From Chloroflexota bacterium (GTDB lineage: Bacteria; Chloroflexota; UBA11872; VXOZ01), in contig OZ219802.1 of NCBI GenBank assembly GCA_964291655.2, positions 64,001 through 128,000 on the forward strand: a stretch of 64,000 bases of DNA. The letters run 5' to 3'. This document shows positions 31,608 through 40,859 of this stretch, one piece after another; within the stretch, counting starts at the first letter, position 1; each line of letters begins with the position of its first letter. A program made the translations under genes and the position numbers. The notes under the pieces are model-generated. The model was given only the letters and a program-made list of their open reading frames with translations. It made no database searches and was not told where the DNA came from.

Positions 31608-31729
31608 GATACGATATATCGCCTCTGACATCGCCTGTCCCGTTTGCCACAGAGTACCACTAGTACACGATTCAATAGGCTATTGATTGATGAGCATGAG
31701 TGCACCAAAACGCAAATTGGTATTAGACG

Positions 31730-32416
31730 ATGTCGCGAAATAGGACCCCCGCCGAACAAAAGCACGACTACATTTGCTCTATGGGCAGCCCTCTTGGTGA
31801 GGTCTACTATTCCCTTTGGCAGGACGTGGCATGGCTACATGTCAAGTGGGACGAGTACGTCCAGTTGTACGGTACCAAACCCGAACAGGTTGATCTGTTG
31901 AACACTACTGCTCGGTTCTTCTTCAAAGTGGTTCACGAAGTTCTCTGGTCTGACATTCTACTGGGCATTGCCAGGCTCGTAGACCAACCGAAATCTGGAG
32001 GCAAAAGGAACATGACCGTCCGACTTCTTCCTGAGGCAGTCGATGAGTCCATCAGTGAAAAGGTCATCTGCCTTACAAACCGAGCGGTTGAGGCTTCCAA
32101 GTTCTGTACCGACTGGAGGAATCGCCGCATCGCTCACCGCGATTTTGAGGTAGTGATGGGGGAATCTTTACAACCGCTAGAGCAGACGAGTCGCGCGAAA
32201 GTCTCCGGGGCCTTGAGTTCTATCGCAGCCGTGCTCAACGCCGTCGAATTACATTATCGGAAATCAAACATCCACTTCCCTGCTGTTTCTCACCCCGAAG
32301 GCGCGCAGCACCTGTTGTACATACTCGATGACGGTCTCAGAATGGAACAACAAAGGCGGGAGCGGTTGAGTAAGGGCGAATATACCCGCGAAGACTTGGA
32401 CATTCGCGATCTCTGA
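31730..32416 (+). CDS. AbiU2-like HEPN protein
   Basis: ILLGIARLVD and WRNRRIAH (R-x4-6-H RNase motif). Confidence 0.7.
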   Translation: MSRNRTPAEQKHDYICSMGSPLGEVYYSLWQDVAWLHVKWDEYVQLYGTKPEQVDLLNTTARFFFKVVHEVLWSDILLGIARLVDQPKSGGKRNMTVRLLPEAVDESISEKVICLTNRAVEASKFCTDWRNRRIAHRDFEVVMGESLQPLEQTSRAKVSGALSSIAAVLNAVELHYRKSNIHFPAVSHPEGAQHLLYILDDGLRMEQQRRERLSKGEYTREDLDIRDL

Positions 32417-32439
32417 CACAGATGTTCTCCCTCAAGTGA

Positions 32440-32466
32440 TCATGCTCGCATTCCAGTTCCGACACG
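32440..32466 (-). repeat. Degenerate copy of the 5' half of tRNA-Leu(TAG)
   Basis: tcatgctcgcattccagttccgacacg matches 36510-36536 at 25 of 27 positions. Confidence 0.8.
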
Positions 32467-32594
32467 ACGCGTCCTTAGATACTGGTACTGGCTCGCAAAT
32501 GAGGGTTGGTGGAGTCAGGTAGCTGTGGCCACCTTGCCCTCGGGCCGCTTCATTTATTTTGAAGTCTGCAAGCAGGAGTTCGGTGAGTTTGCAT

Positions 32595-33659
32595 ATGTCC
32601 TTTGCACCGCGCTTTACAATCACGAACGCAATCACCACGGCGCTGACGGAGATCGAGCGCGCGCGTGGCTTTCTGGAGGCCGCGACGCTGACGGATGAGT
32701 GGGTTGACGCGATGCGTGCGCGGGCATTCCTGCTGGAGGCGCACCATACGACGCATATCGAGGGGACGCGGCTTACTTTGGAGGAGGCGGCGGGGCTGTT
32801 GGCGGGGCGGGTCGTGCCGGGCGCGGATGCCGATGACGCCCGCGAGGTGCTCAACTACCGTGACGCTTTCGCGTTTGTCAGCGCACACTTCAGCGACGGC
32901 GGGCTGCCGCGGGAAACGCGTCCGATCACCGAGCGGCCCATCCTTGAGATACACCGGCGCTTGGTGGCCGGCGTGCGCGGCGGATCGGCGGCGCCGGGGC
33001 AGTACCGCCGTGTGCAGAACTACGTTATCAACGCGGCCACCGGCGAGACGATCTACAAGCCGCCGCCAACTGAGGATGTGCCCGAACTGATGCGGGAACT
33101 GGTCGACTGGTTGAATCGTCCCAACGACATACATCCCATCATCGTGAGCGGAATCGCGCAATTCCAACTGGTGCACATACATCCGTTCCTCGACGGCAAC
33201 GGGCGCACGTCGCGGCTGCTCTCAACGCTTTGCCTCTACCGCGCGGGCTATGACTTCAAGCGGCTCTTCACGCTGAGCGAGTACTACGACCGGGACCGCA
33301 CAGCGTTCTACGACGCTCTACAAGACGTGCGGCGAGCAAACATGGACCTGACCGGTTGGATCGAGTACTTCACGCACGGCCTTGCGACCCAACTGGCGGA
33401 GGTCAGGCAGAGAGGAGAGGCAGCGCTCCAGCAGGATGCACTAGCGCGCCGCCACGCCTTGACGAGCCGGCAGGCAAACGCGCTGGGGCACGTCCTTCTG
33501 CACGGCAGGATCACGATCAAGGAGTGCCAGGCGCTCTTTCCTGAGGTATCGCGGCGGACGTTGCAGCGCGACCTGCGGGCCCTGGTGGAAAAGGGATTGC
33601 TCCAGCATCGGGCAGGCACGAATCGGCTGGAGTACGTGCTTGCGAGTAACCTCGGCTGA
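32595..33659 (+). CDS. Fic family protein with C-terminal winged HTH
   Basis: [18 protein letters not shown] Fic motif, [20 protein letters not shown]. Confidence 0.93.
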   Translation: MSFAPRFTITNAITTALTEIERARGFLEAATLTDEWVDAMRARAFLLEAHHTTHIEGTRLTLEEAAGLLAGRVVPGADADDAREVLNYRDAFAFVSAHFSDGGLPRETRPITERPILEIHRRLVAGVRGGSAAPGQYRRVQNYVINAATGETIYKPPPTEDVPELMRELVDWLNRPNDIHPIIVSGIAQFQLVHIHPFLDGNGRTSRLLSTLCLYRAGYDFKRLFTLSEYYDRDRTAFYDALQDVRRANMDLTGWIEYFTHGLATQLAEVRQRGEAALQQDALARRHALTSRQANALGHVLLHGRITIKECQALFPEVSRRTLQRDLRALVEKGLLQHRAGTNRLEYVLASNLG

Positions 33660-33704
33660 ACTTGCGACAGACTTGCGCCACAACTTGCGACAGACTTGTG
33701 ACAC
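33660..33704. repeat. Four 11-12 bp direct repeats (ACTTG(C/T)G(A/C)CA) immediately after the fic stop
   Basis: acttgcgacag acttgcgccaca acttgcgacag acttgtgacac. Confidence 0.85.
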
Positions 33705-33829
33705 CGCTCCCACGTCATGCGCCTGACACGGGGGCTTGCGCTAGACAAGAAGGGGGTACGCTCGGGGCGGGACCGGTTGGCAGGCTGGCAAACCAATCCG
33801 GTCCTCGCGGGTGTCTGGGGCGCAATGCC

Positions 33830-34498
33830 TTATTGCGGCTTGTCGTCCAGCAGGCCGTTGCGGACGGCCCAGACCACCATTTCCTGAATCGACTTCGCCC
33901 CCAGTTTGTCCCGGATGACGTAGATGGCGTTTCGGATAGTCAACGGCCGGTTGCCGCGCGCATCGGCAATCTTCGCGTACGACATGCCTTGGGCGAAGAG
34001 GGTGAGTATTTCCTGCTCCCGTTCGGTCAGATTGTCCAGGTCCGGTGACTCGGGTTTCTCGCCAGCGGAGCGAATTCTGTTGAATACGCGCCTTGTCAGG
34101 TCGCCGGGCATGCTGAATTCGCCGCTGGCTACCTCCTGGATCGTGGAGAGGAGTTTCTGTTTGCCGGAGAATTTCTGCAGATAGCCCGTCGCGCCTGCGG
34201 AAACCGCCGCGATGACTGCGTCCTCATCGGTCGATGCCGTCAACATCAGCACGCGTGTATCCGGCACCGAATCCATGATCTCCCGACACGCGTCGATGCC
34301 GTTCATTTCCGGCATCATCACATCCATAATAATCACGTCGGGCCTGACGTCTTGGGCCAAGGCCACTGCCTCCACCCCATTCTGAGCCTGGCCCACCACC
34401 TCAAACGCCCCTGAATGCTTCAAGACTTCCTTCAGACCATCTCGCATGATCGAGTGATCATCCACGATCATAACTGTCGTAAGCGGTACTGTAGACAA
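33830..34498 (-). CDS. NarL/LuxR family response regulator
   Basis: IVDDH, MDVMMPEMNG, LTEREQEIL LuxR HTH. Confidence 0.93.
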   Translation of the reverse strand: MSTVPLTTVMIVDDHSIMRDGLKEVLKHSGAFEVVGQAQNGVEAVALAQDVRPDVIIMDVMMPEMNGIDACREIMDSVPDTRVLMLTASTDEDAVIAAVSAGATGYLQKFSGKQKLLSTIQEVASGEFSMPGDLTRRVFNRIRSAGEKPESPDLDNLTEREQEILTLFAQGMSYAKIADARGNRPLTIRNAIYVIRDKLGAKSIQEMVVWAVRNGLLDDKPQ

Positions 34499-34499
34499 C

Positions 34500-35771
34500 T
34501 CAAATTCCTCCTTCTATCGAATTGTACTCTACTACGCACGTTACCATTGTGCCTTGACCGGACGTACCCGATTCAACGTCCAGTCTGCCACCCATGCGTT
34601 CGGCGTCGGCTCTCATGTTCTTGAAGCCGTGTCCGCGAACAGCATAGTCATCCGGCAGGCCGATGCCGTCGTCGGATAGTGACATTCGCAAGCCGTTCTC
34701 ATGAAAGGCAAGCTCTATAGTGACCTTATCGGCCTGTGCGTGGCGAAAGGCATTGGTCAATGCGTTATGCGCTATCGAGAAGAGCAGACTGCGCGTGACC
34801 GGGGAGAGCGGCGGTTCCGCGCCTCTCACCACCACATCAGAATGGACCGACGTGATCGCGGTGAATGACTCCGCATGGTATTGCAACACGTGTCCCAATT
34901 CTCTACATTCAAGTATGAGACCAATATCGATGGGATGCCGCAATTCCCACATGGCCGACTTCGAGAGCTCGTACGTCGCCTCTAGTTTATCGACCAGCTC
35001 CTGATTGGACTTGTCTGCCAACTCAATTGCAGTTTCAATTCCCATCCCGATCATATAGGCAGACTGGGCAGTCGTGTCATGTATGGTTTGAGTGAGTTGG
35101 ACCCGTTCGCGATGGAGCTCCCGTTCACGTTCCACGGCCTCTCGCCGCTTGTTTCTCTCAGAACTGGATACAAGATTGACAGATGCCACAATTGCATACA
35201 TCACGACAATTCTGGCAAAGAGCGCCTTCTCGTCTCTCGCGTCAAAGTCCAAGCCCTCTCCAGCCGTCAAGCTCACCACTACGTATAGCAGGGCGACCAT
35301 TGTCACCCACCCAAAGCTCAGACGGTACGAACTAAAGAATACTGCAAACCAAACCAGGGCAGGATAATAGAGTAAGTAGAACAGGAAATGGCTAAACCCA
35401 CCGGCAACAATCATGCCGCCTGTTATCAGGATTACATCCATCACGCTAAGCGCGAGTATCCAATGCAAAGTGACTGTGCGACCAGTCTGAACGCGATAGT
35501 GTAGGTACCCATTGAGTACGACCAACACCAAGAAACACAATATGTATGCAGCATACGTGAAGTAGGTGAATACAGGTCGGTAAATCAGCTCGATCAGGCA
35601 GGCAACGCAAATGAACCAACGTACCCATACGGAAATCTTGGCCGGATAGCGTATCTCTTCAGGATCAGTAAGATCCAAGTTGAATTGACGACAAATGAAT
35701 GAGTGCACCGCAGCTAGTGTTGCTGCTACTGTTCGAATAGGTAAGATTGATCCAATCGGAAACGAGCTCAA
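34500..35771 (-). CDS. Membrane sensor histidine kinase (HisKA_3/NarQ-type)
   Basis: Multiple TMs, IHDTTAQ H-box, NALTNAFRHA, DDGIG, GHGFKNM. Confidence 0.9.
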   Translation of the reverse strand: MSSFPIGSILPIRTVAATLAAVHSFICRQFNLDLTDPEEIRYPAKISVWVRWFICVACLIELIYRPVFTYFTYAAYILCFLVLVVLNGYLHYRVQTGRTVTLHWILALSVMDVILITGGMIVAGGFSHFLFYLLYYPALVWFAVFFSSYRLSFGWVTMVALLYVVVSLTAGEGLDFDARDEKALFARIVVMYAIVASVNLVSSSERNKRREAVERERELHRERVQLTQTIHDTTAQSAYMIGMGIETAIELADKSNQELVDKLEATYELSKSAMWELRHPIDIGLILECRELGHVLQYHAESFTAITSVHSDVVVRGAEPPLSPVTRSLLFSIAHNALTNAFRHAQADKVTIELAFHENGLRMSLSDDGIGLPDDYAVRGHGFKNMRADAERMGGRLDVESGTSGQGTMVTCVVEYNSIEGGI

Positions 35772-36456
35772 GTCTAAGTATTGCCTCTCGGATCACTAGA
35801 ATGAGTCTGCCTTTCCAGCAAACCCTCTCAATGAGTTCAAAATTCCATGTATCGGCATAGGCGAAACTCATCAAGCCTTGCTTGTACTCTACCTACTTTT
35901 CAGGGATTGTCAAGATACATTAGTATCTATCCAATGGATATGAATGTATTGATACGATCTGCAGGTGCAAGGTTCTAGTCCTAAGTCTTAGTCCATACGC
36001 AACCGTGGAGGATACCTGGCCGATCCGGGTAAGATTGCAATGTTCAGGGAACTGGAAGGCAACATGGGACTGGGGAGACAGCGGCTAAGAACCCCACCCG
36101 TCCCGGCAGATGAGCGGGTTGGAGCAAGACTCCAAGAGGACCTTGCCTGTACCTGATTTAATGAACAAGCGTCGGCGAGACCGGGTGGACTAAACGACCG
36201 GGGCACTCGTGAAGCTGGGAGGCAGAGATTAGAACTCTACGTAGTTCAAATCCAGGTAGGACTGGCCGGCAGTACGGCAAGAAGTGGGAGCAAGGAAATC
36301 CGGCCAAACTCAGGGCCCGCGCACCTTGGGGCCTTAGCCAAACTTGCGCATTGGTCGCCAACCCTATCCTGCAGGGTCGCAAGATTGCCTGGGCAATGCA
36401 CTAGCTCTGCCGCACTATGGCAACAACGGTGTACTTGTCTGTTGCCAACCGCATTC

Positions 36457-36541
36457 TGGTGGGGACGGCGGGACTCGAACCCGCACGCCTTGCGGCACAT
36501 GATCCTAAGTCATGCTCGTCTTCCAGTTCCGACACGTCCCC
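36457..36541 (-). tRNA. tRNA-Leu (anticodon TAG)
   Basis: GGGGACG/CGTCCCC acceptor stem, CT-TAG-GA loop, long variable arm, GTTCGAG, ACCA end. Confidence 0.96.
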
Positions 36542-36732
36542 GCACCTTCCATTCTAGCAGCGGCGTGGCAGTGGGACTAGATGGCAATTTCGCCAGACTT
36601 TGCAACCGTTCGTGCTTCGACAGGGACTTGGCACAGCCGCCTCATCACGAACGGTTGGAGTGGCAAGTTGCGAGGTGGAAGAGGGCCCATCGAGAATTCA
36701 ACACGAATCGGCAGTGCTGGCGCTGCCTGCGC

Positions 36733-36899
36733 ACTTCGACAAGCTCAGTGCGAACGTTTAAAGAACCTCAGCTCATGGACCTCAACTTTAGGATCACAGC
36801 TTAAGGACCTCAGCACGAACGGAAACAGTGGGAGCTCAGCGGGAACGGACTTGGTGGAAGCTCGGCGGAAACGGAACTGGCGGAAGCTCGGCGCGAACG
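36733..36899. repeat. Decayed CTTCGACAAGCTCAG..CGAACG repeat plus four degenerate 26-bp-period units
   Basis: acttcgacaagctcagtgcgaacg at 36733; A(G/C)CTC(A/G)GC...AACG cores at 36807, 36833, 36859, 36885. Confidence 0.7.
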
Positions 36900-37029
36900 T
36901 GAGACAGATGCACGGATCGGGTGGTCAATGCGAACACCTTTTGGCCTAGGTCTGTAGCCTGCACTAACGGTAAACAAGAGGGCAGGTTGCATAACTTTCG
37001 CTACCCATCAATCCGAACCCGTGAGACCA

Positions 37030-38421
37030 CTACTGTCTATTCCTAGCCGCGACCTGCTCGGCGATTTCCTCGGCGGGGTAGGTGAGGACTTCCGCAAGGG
37101 TCGGGTGGTAGTGGGGGATGCGCATAAAGTCCTGCGCTGTAGCACGATAGTGAAGTGCCACGATACACTCGTGGATCAACTCGCCCCCCTCCGGTCCCAG
37201 CACTTGGTAGCCGAGAAGCTCACCCGTCTGCGCGTGACCGATCATCTTCACGAAGCCCCGTGTTTCGCCCAGGCAGAGCGCCTTGCCATGGTCGTTGAAC
37301 GGATAGGAAGCGGTGACGATGGGAATGTTCTTGGCGGTGGCCCCCTTCTCCGTCATGCCCACGCGTCCGTACTGCGGCTCGGTGAAGATGACAATAGGAA
37401 CGACACGGTAGTCCATGTATTGCGGCGAGCCGGCGTCGAGGGCGTTGTGGGCCGCAATCTCGCCCTGTTGGATAGCCACATGCACAATGTCGAATGAGAC
37501 CGTTACATCGCCAACGGCAAAGATGTTCGGGTTGGACGTGCGCATGGCGGTATCAGTGGCGATGCCGCGCGAAGTGCTCTCCACACCGGCGGCGCCAAGG
37601 TCTAGACCTTCCAAGGACGGACTGCGCCCGGTGGCGACCAGGATGTGGTCGACTTCGATGACGCTCTCGGTGTCGTCCTGCAGCAGATGCAGCACTTTCT
37701 TGCCGTTGCGTTGCGCTACGGCCGTAAGGCGGGTGGCGCAACGCACGTCCATGCCATCTTCCCGCAGGTACTTCTCCAACGCCGTGCCCACCGCATCATC
37801 TTCGTTGCTTAGGATGCAGTTACTGCGCTGCAAGAGGGTGACGGCCGCACCAAGCCGTGAGTAGAATTGCCCTAACTCCAAGCCGATAGGACCGCCGCCA
37901 AGTACGCAGATTGACTCCGGCAACTCTTCCAACTCCAGCGCATCGTCGCTGGTCAGGTAACCGGCTTCCTCCAACCCCGGAACTTTGGGCACGAAAGGTA
38001 CCGATCCGGTGGCAATGATGAACTTGGGCGCAGAGAGTACACATTCGCCAACTTGGACACGCTCGGCTGAGAGGAATCGCGCAGCACCATCGATCAATGC
38101 AATGTCCGGTGCGTTGAGTTGCTCGATGCGATAGTCGGCAAACCCCTCTATGAGTTGTCGCTTACGGGCGATGATGGTGGGCAGATCAGGCGTAAGCGTA
38201 CGGGTACCAATGCCCAGCTCTGCCGCGTGTTGGGATTGGTAGAGACGATTGGACGAGGCAAGGATGGCTTTGCTGGGCATGCAACCCCGCAAGATACACA
38301 GGCCTCCCAACGGCCCTTGCTCTGCTATTGCCACACGAGCGCCTGCCTCAGCAGCCGTACGCGCGGCGGCGTAGCCGGCGCTGCCGCCGCCAAGAACGAC
38401 CAGGTCGAAACGATCATCCAA
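37030..38421 (-). CDS. Pyridine nucleotide-disulfide oxidoreductase (dihydrolipoyl dehydrogenase/MerA family)
   Basis: GGGSAG, GGLCILRGCMPSK redox disulfide, GGGPIG, HPTLAE; lacks the MerA C-terminal Cys pair. Confidence 0.9.
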   Translation of the reverse strand: MDDRFDLVVLGGGSAGYAAARTAAEAGARVAIAEQGPLGGLCILRGCMPSKAILASSNRLYQSQHAAELGIGTRTLTPDLPTIIARKRQLIEGFADYRIEQLNAPDIALIDGAARFLSAERVQVGECVLSAPKFIIATGSVPFVPKVPGLEEAGYLTSDDALELEELPESICVLGGGPIGLELGQFYSRLGAAVTLLQRSNCILSNEDDAVGTALEKYLREDGMDVRCATRLTAVAQRNGKKVLHLLQDDTESVIEVDHILVATGRSPSLEGLDLGAAGVESTSRGIATDTAMRTSNPNIFAVGDVTVSFDIVHVAIQQGEIAAHNALDAGSPQYMDYRVVPIVIFTEPQYGRVGMTEKGATAKNIPIVTASYPFNDHGKALCLGETRGFVKMIGHAQTGELLGYQVLGPEGGELIHECIVALHYRATAQDFMRIPHYHPTLAEVLTYPAEEIAEQVAARNRQ

Positions 38422-38517
38422 GGGTCTTCCATTCTCCTCGTGTCATTGCAATTGCTGCGTACGCGATAGATTTCGGCATTCGTCTATGCTGCATCGGTAT
38501 GCCATTGGGGGGGCTAT

Positions 38518-39360
38518 TCACCCGGCGGGTGTTCCCATTCCACCCACAGCCGTAATCACCGCTTCACTGTCTTTCAGCCAGGCGTGATTCGGATCGTCCC
38601 TGGGGGCCAGCACTCGTTGATTCCCGGCGAGAATCCAAAGGTAATAGAGCTGATAGCCCGGTCCTGCGACGACGGGATGGTACCCCCGAGGAATGGCTAC
38701 CACATCGCCATCTACAACCGTGTATGACTCATTCAGCGAGCCGTCGTCAGTATAAACCCGCTGCATGCCGAAGCCGCGCGAGGGACTAATTCGGAAGAGA
38801 TAGGCCTCTTCATGTTCGGATTCGTGAGGCGGGTCGTCCACCTCATGCTTGTGCGGCGGCGCACTGCTCCAGAATCCCGGCGGATTAAACGTCTCGCCTA
38901 GAACCATGGTGTGCGCGGGAAAAGGTGCGTCGATAATGTCGTAGATGGTGCGATACCAGTTGCCTTTTCCAACTTTGCGCAGCTTGTGTTGATCGGCGGT
39001 GATCACCTGGGAATTCATGCCCGCCTTGCCGGGCGTACTGCAGATTATTAGCTCCAGCGCTGAATTCCCGTCCGCACGGACCTCCCACGTTTGCTCAGGC
39101 GCTACGAAGACAGTTGACGAGGGCCCGGCAAAGACGTTTTGGCGCGCACAGCGGTGAGCGATGCCATGGGACTCCACGGCAATCGTCCCTGCCCCCGCCT
39201 GCAGCACGAGAGCAGATTCCCACATGCCAGTTTCACCGGTGTAGGCTTCGCCGGGCGCCAACCGCAAGACAGCAATGCGAATGCGGTCGAGCGAGGGATG
39301 TCCATCGGCAACGACTGCGTGATGACCCAGACCTGTAGGCGCTTTGTGGAGGAGATTCAT
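38518..39360 (-). CDS. iolB: 5-deoxy-glucuronate isomerase
   Basis: GETFNPPGFWSSAPPHKH, HEEAY, PRGYHPV, YYLW; AAAGGA RBS before ATG 39360. Confidence 0.9.
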   Translation of the reverse strand: MNLLHKAPTGLGHHAVVADGHPSLDRIRIAVLRLAPGEAYTGETGMWESALVLQAGAGTIAVESHGIAHRCARQNVFAGPSSTVFVAPEQTWEVRADGNSALELIICSTPGKAGMNSQVITADQHKLRKVGKGNWYRTIYDIIDAPFPAHTMVLGETFNPPGFWSSAPPHKHEVDDPPHESEHEEAYLFRISPSRGFGMQRVYTDDGSLNESYTVVDGDVVAIPRGYHPVVAGPGYQLYYLWILAGNQRVLAPRDDPNHAWLKDSEAVITAVGGMGTPAG

Positions 39361-39507
39361 CGACTGATCCTTTCTCGCAACATCTGAGCAACTGCGCACA
39401 GCGTAAGTCGCGTCAGAATTGGTGCCATCTCCATACAAGATCATTCGGTTTGCTCTACGGTACCCAATGCGCCGTAGTGCTGCAATAATTGAGACTCGCC
39501 AAATGCC

Positions 39508-39537
39508 TTGACTCTGTGGACTTCCGGTTACTATAAT
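39508..39537 (+). promoter_or_regulatory. Sigma70-type promoter
   Basis: TTGACT-N18-TATAAT upstream of the 39661 ORF. Confidence 0.55.
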
Positions 39538-39660
39538 CGTCTAGATTAGGCAGTTGCGCTCATGCAACTGGCTGAGGTTTGCGGAAGCTTCTGGGGGTCC
39601 CAGTTCTCCGCCATCCACTTGTTGAAATCGCTAGCGGCTTAGGACGAACGAGCCGCTGCT

Positions 39661-40425
39661 GTGCATGAAGAATTCGAGGTTACAAGCATGCCTCCGCTTT
39701 CTATCGTCTTTGGTGTCGTCGGCGCATTTCTCTTGGTTGCTGGGCTGATCGGCAGGGCCGCGGGGCGTCGCCCTTCAGTATCCTTGGGTGTCACCGCCGC
39801 GGGTGTTGTGTTGCTCGCTATCTCGGTGGTCTTCATGGTTTCCGGTACTTCAGATTCGGAGTCTACGGAGAGTGCAGGCGTAACGATTAATGTGAGTAGC
39901 ACGGCAACGGCGGCAGCGAAGAGTGATGCAGAGTCAGAGTCTGCTGCCGATGTGGCCGATGTGCCGCTCATCGAGCCGGAGGCCACACCGGCGAACATTG
40001 GCGATCTGGAGGTCTTCTATGAAGCCGGCACGTCGGTGGCAAACTTCGATGCCTTTAGATTGATGGAATTGACAGCCTACGGCCCACCGGGGCATGGCAT
40101 TGGAGCCGACAAGGCTCCCTTCAAGGTGGGCCAAGAAATTTACATAGAGTTTACCGTCCAGAACCTACGGGTGCCGCCGATGGTGCTCAAGCGGACGTTT
40201 GTTGCCGTGAATCATCCCACTGGCGAAGAGAAAGACTTTGGGTTAGTTCATGAGGGGGTGGAGGTCGTGCGGTACCAAGAATTCAAGACCGGTGTTGTGA
40301 TACAGCTTGATGAACCGGGCGAATGGGAAATCTGGCCCTGCTATCAGTTGGTTCTTGAAGACGACACGCTCCGCGACCGCTGCACGCCCAAATGGCAGTT
40401 TTTTACAATCCGGGTGGAAGCGTAG
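39661..40425 (+). CDS. Hypothetical membrane-anchored protein (2 TM, acidic linker, beta-rich C-domain)
   Basis: Two N-terminal TMs, Ser/Ala/Glu linker, C-terminal WPCY...C pair. Confidence 0.7.
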   Translation: MHEEFEVTSMPPLSIVFGVVGAFLLVAGLIGRAAGRRPSVSLGVTAAGVVLLAISVVFMVSGTSDSESTESAGVTINVSSTATAAAKSDAESESAADVADVPLIEPEATPANIGDLEVFYEAGTSVANFDAFRLMELTAYGPPGHGIGADKAPFKVGQEIYIEFTVQNLRVPPMVLKRTFVAVNHPTGEEKDFGLVHEGVEVVRYQEFKTGVVIQLDEPGEWEIWPCYQLVLEDDTLRDRCTPKWQFFTIRVEA

Positions 40426-40618
40426 TTTGCTCAGAACGGGCGCGTTGAGATAGAGCTCCGCAAAACGCTCTTCTTGACAGTTTTGTTGCCCAGCTATAAC
40501 TGCAGCCCCCTAGCACTCTCTTGCATGCAATCCGCTGAATTGGAGGCCAAGCCTCCTCCGGAAATTTGCCGGTTTGGTCAGAGGTTCCAGGCAGTTGCAA
40601 GAGACTGGGGAGACGATT

Positions 40619-40657
40619 TCAAGAGGCGGCGCCCTGCGGCCTCTTGAGGGGTTTTTT
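40619..40657 (+). terminator. Putative intrinsic terminator
   Basis: TCAAGAGGC/GCCTCTTGA stem followed by GGGGTTTTTT. Confidence 0.55.
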
Positions 40658-40683
40658 CGGCGTAAACTGTACGGAAAGAGCCC

Positions 40684-40712
40684 TTGACCCACCTTGACGG
40701 AACCTATATAAT
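40684..40712 (+). promoter_or_regulatory. Sigma70-type promoter
   Basis: TTGACC-N17-TATAAT upstream of the SBP gene. Confidence 0.7.
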
Positions 40713-40859
40713 CTCTCCTAGCCTAGCCAACTAGAGTGCGAATGGCTAGTTGAATTTGAGACTGAACTTGCAACATGGCTGGGCAGTTGATGGCCGATAG
40801 AATTGGCCCGTTCATTTGCAAGTTCTAGCTGGGGAAGAGCCAAAAAGGAGGAGTCCCCC

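Noticed and set aside
36300-36420. Tyrosine integrase C-terminal relic next to the tRNA-Leu 3' end (VARLPGQ resembling VxxxLGH)
   Set aside because: It needs several frameshifts and lacks the catalytic His and Tyr; too weak without a translated HMM search
36807-36899. Mini-CRISPR
   Set aside because: The 26-bp period leaves no room for spacers and the repeats are degenerate
37030-38421. Mercuric reductase merA
   Set aside because: No C-terminal Cys-Cys pair, no NmerA domain and no mer genes nearby
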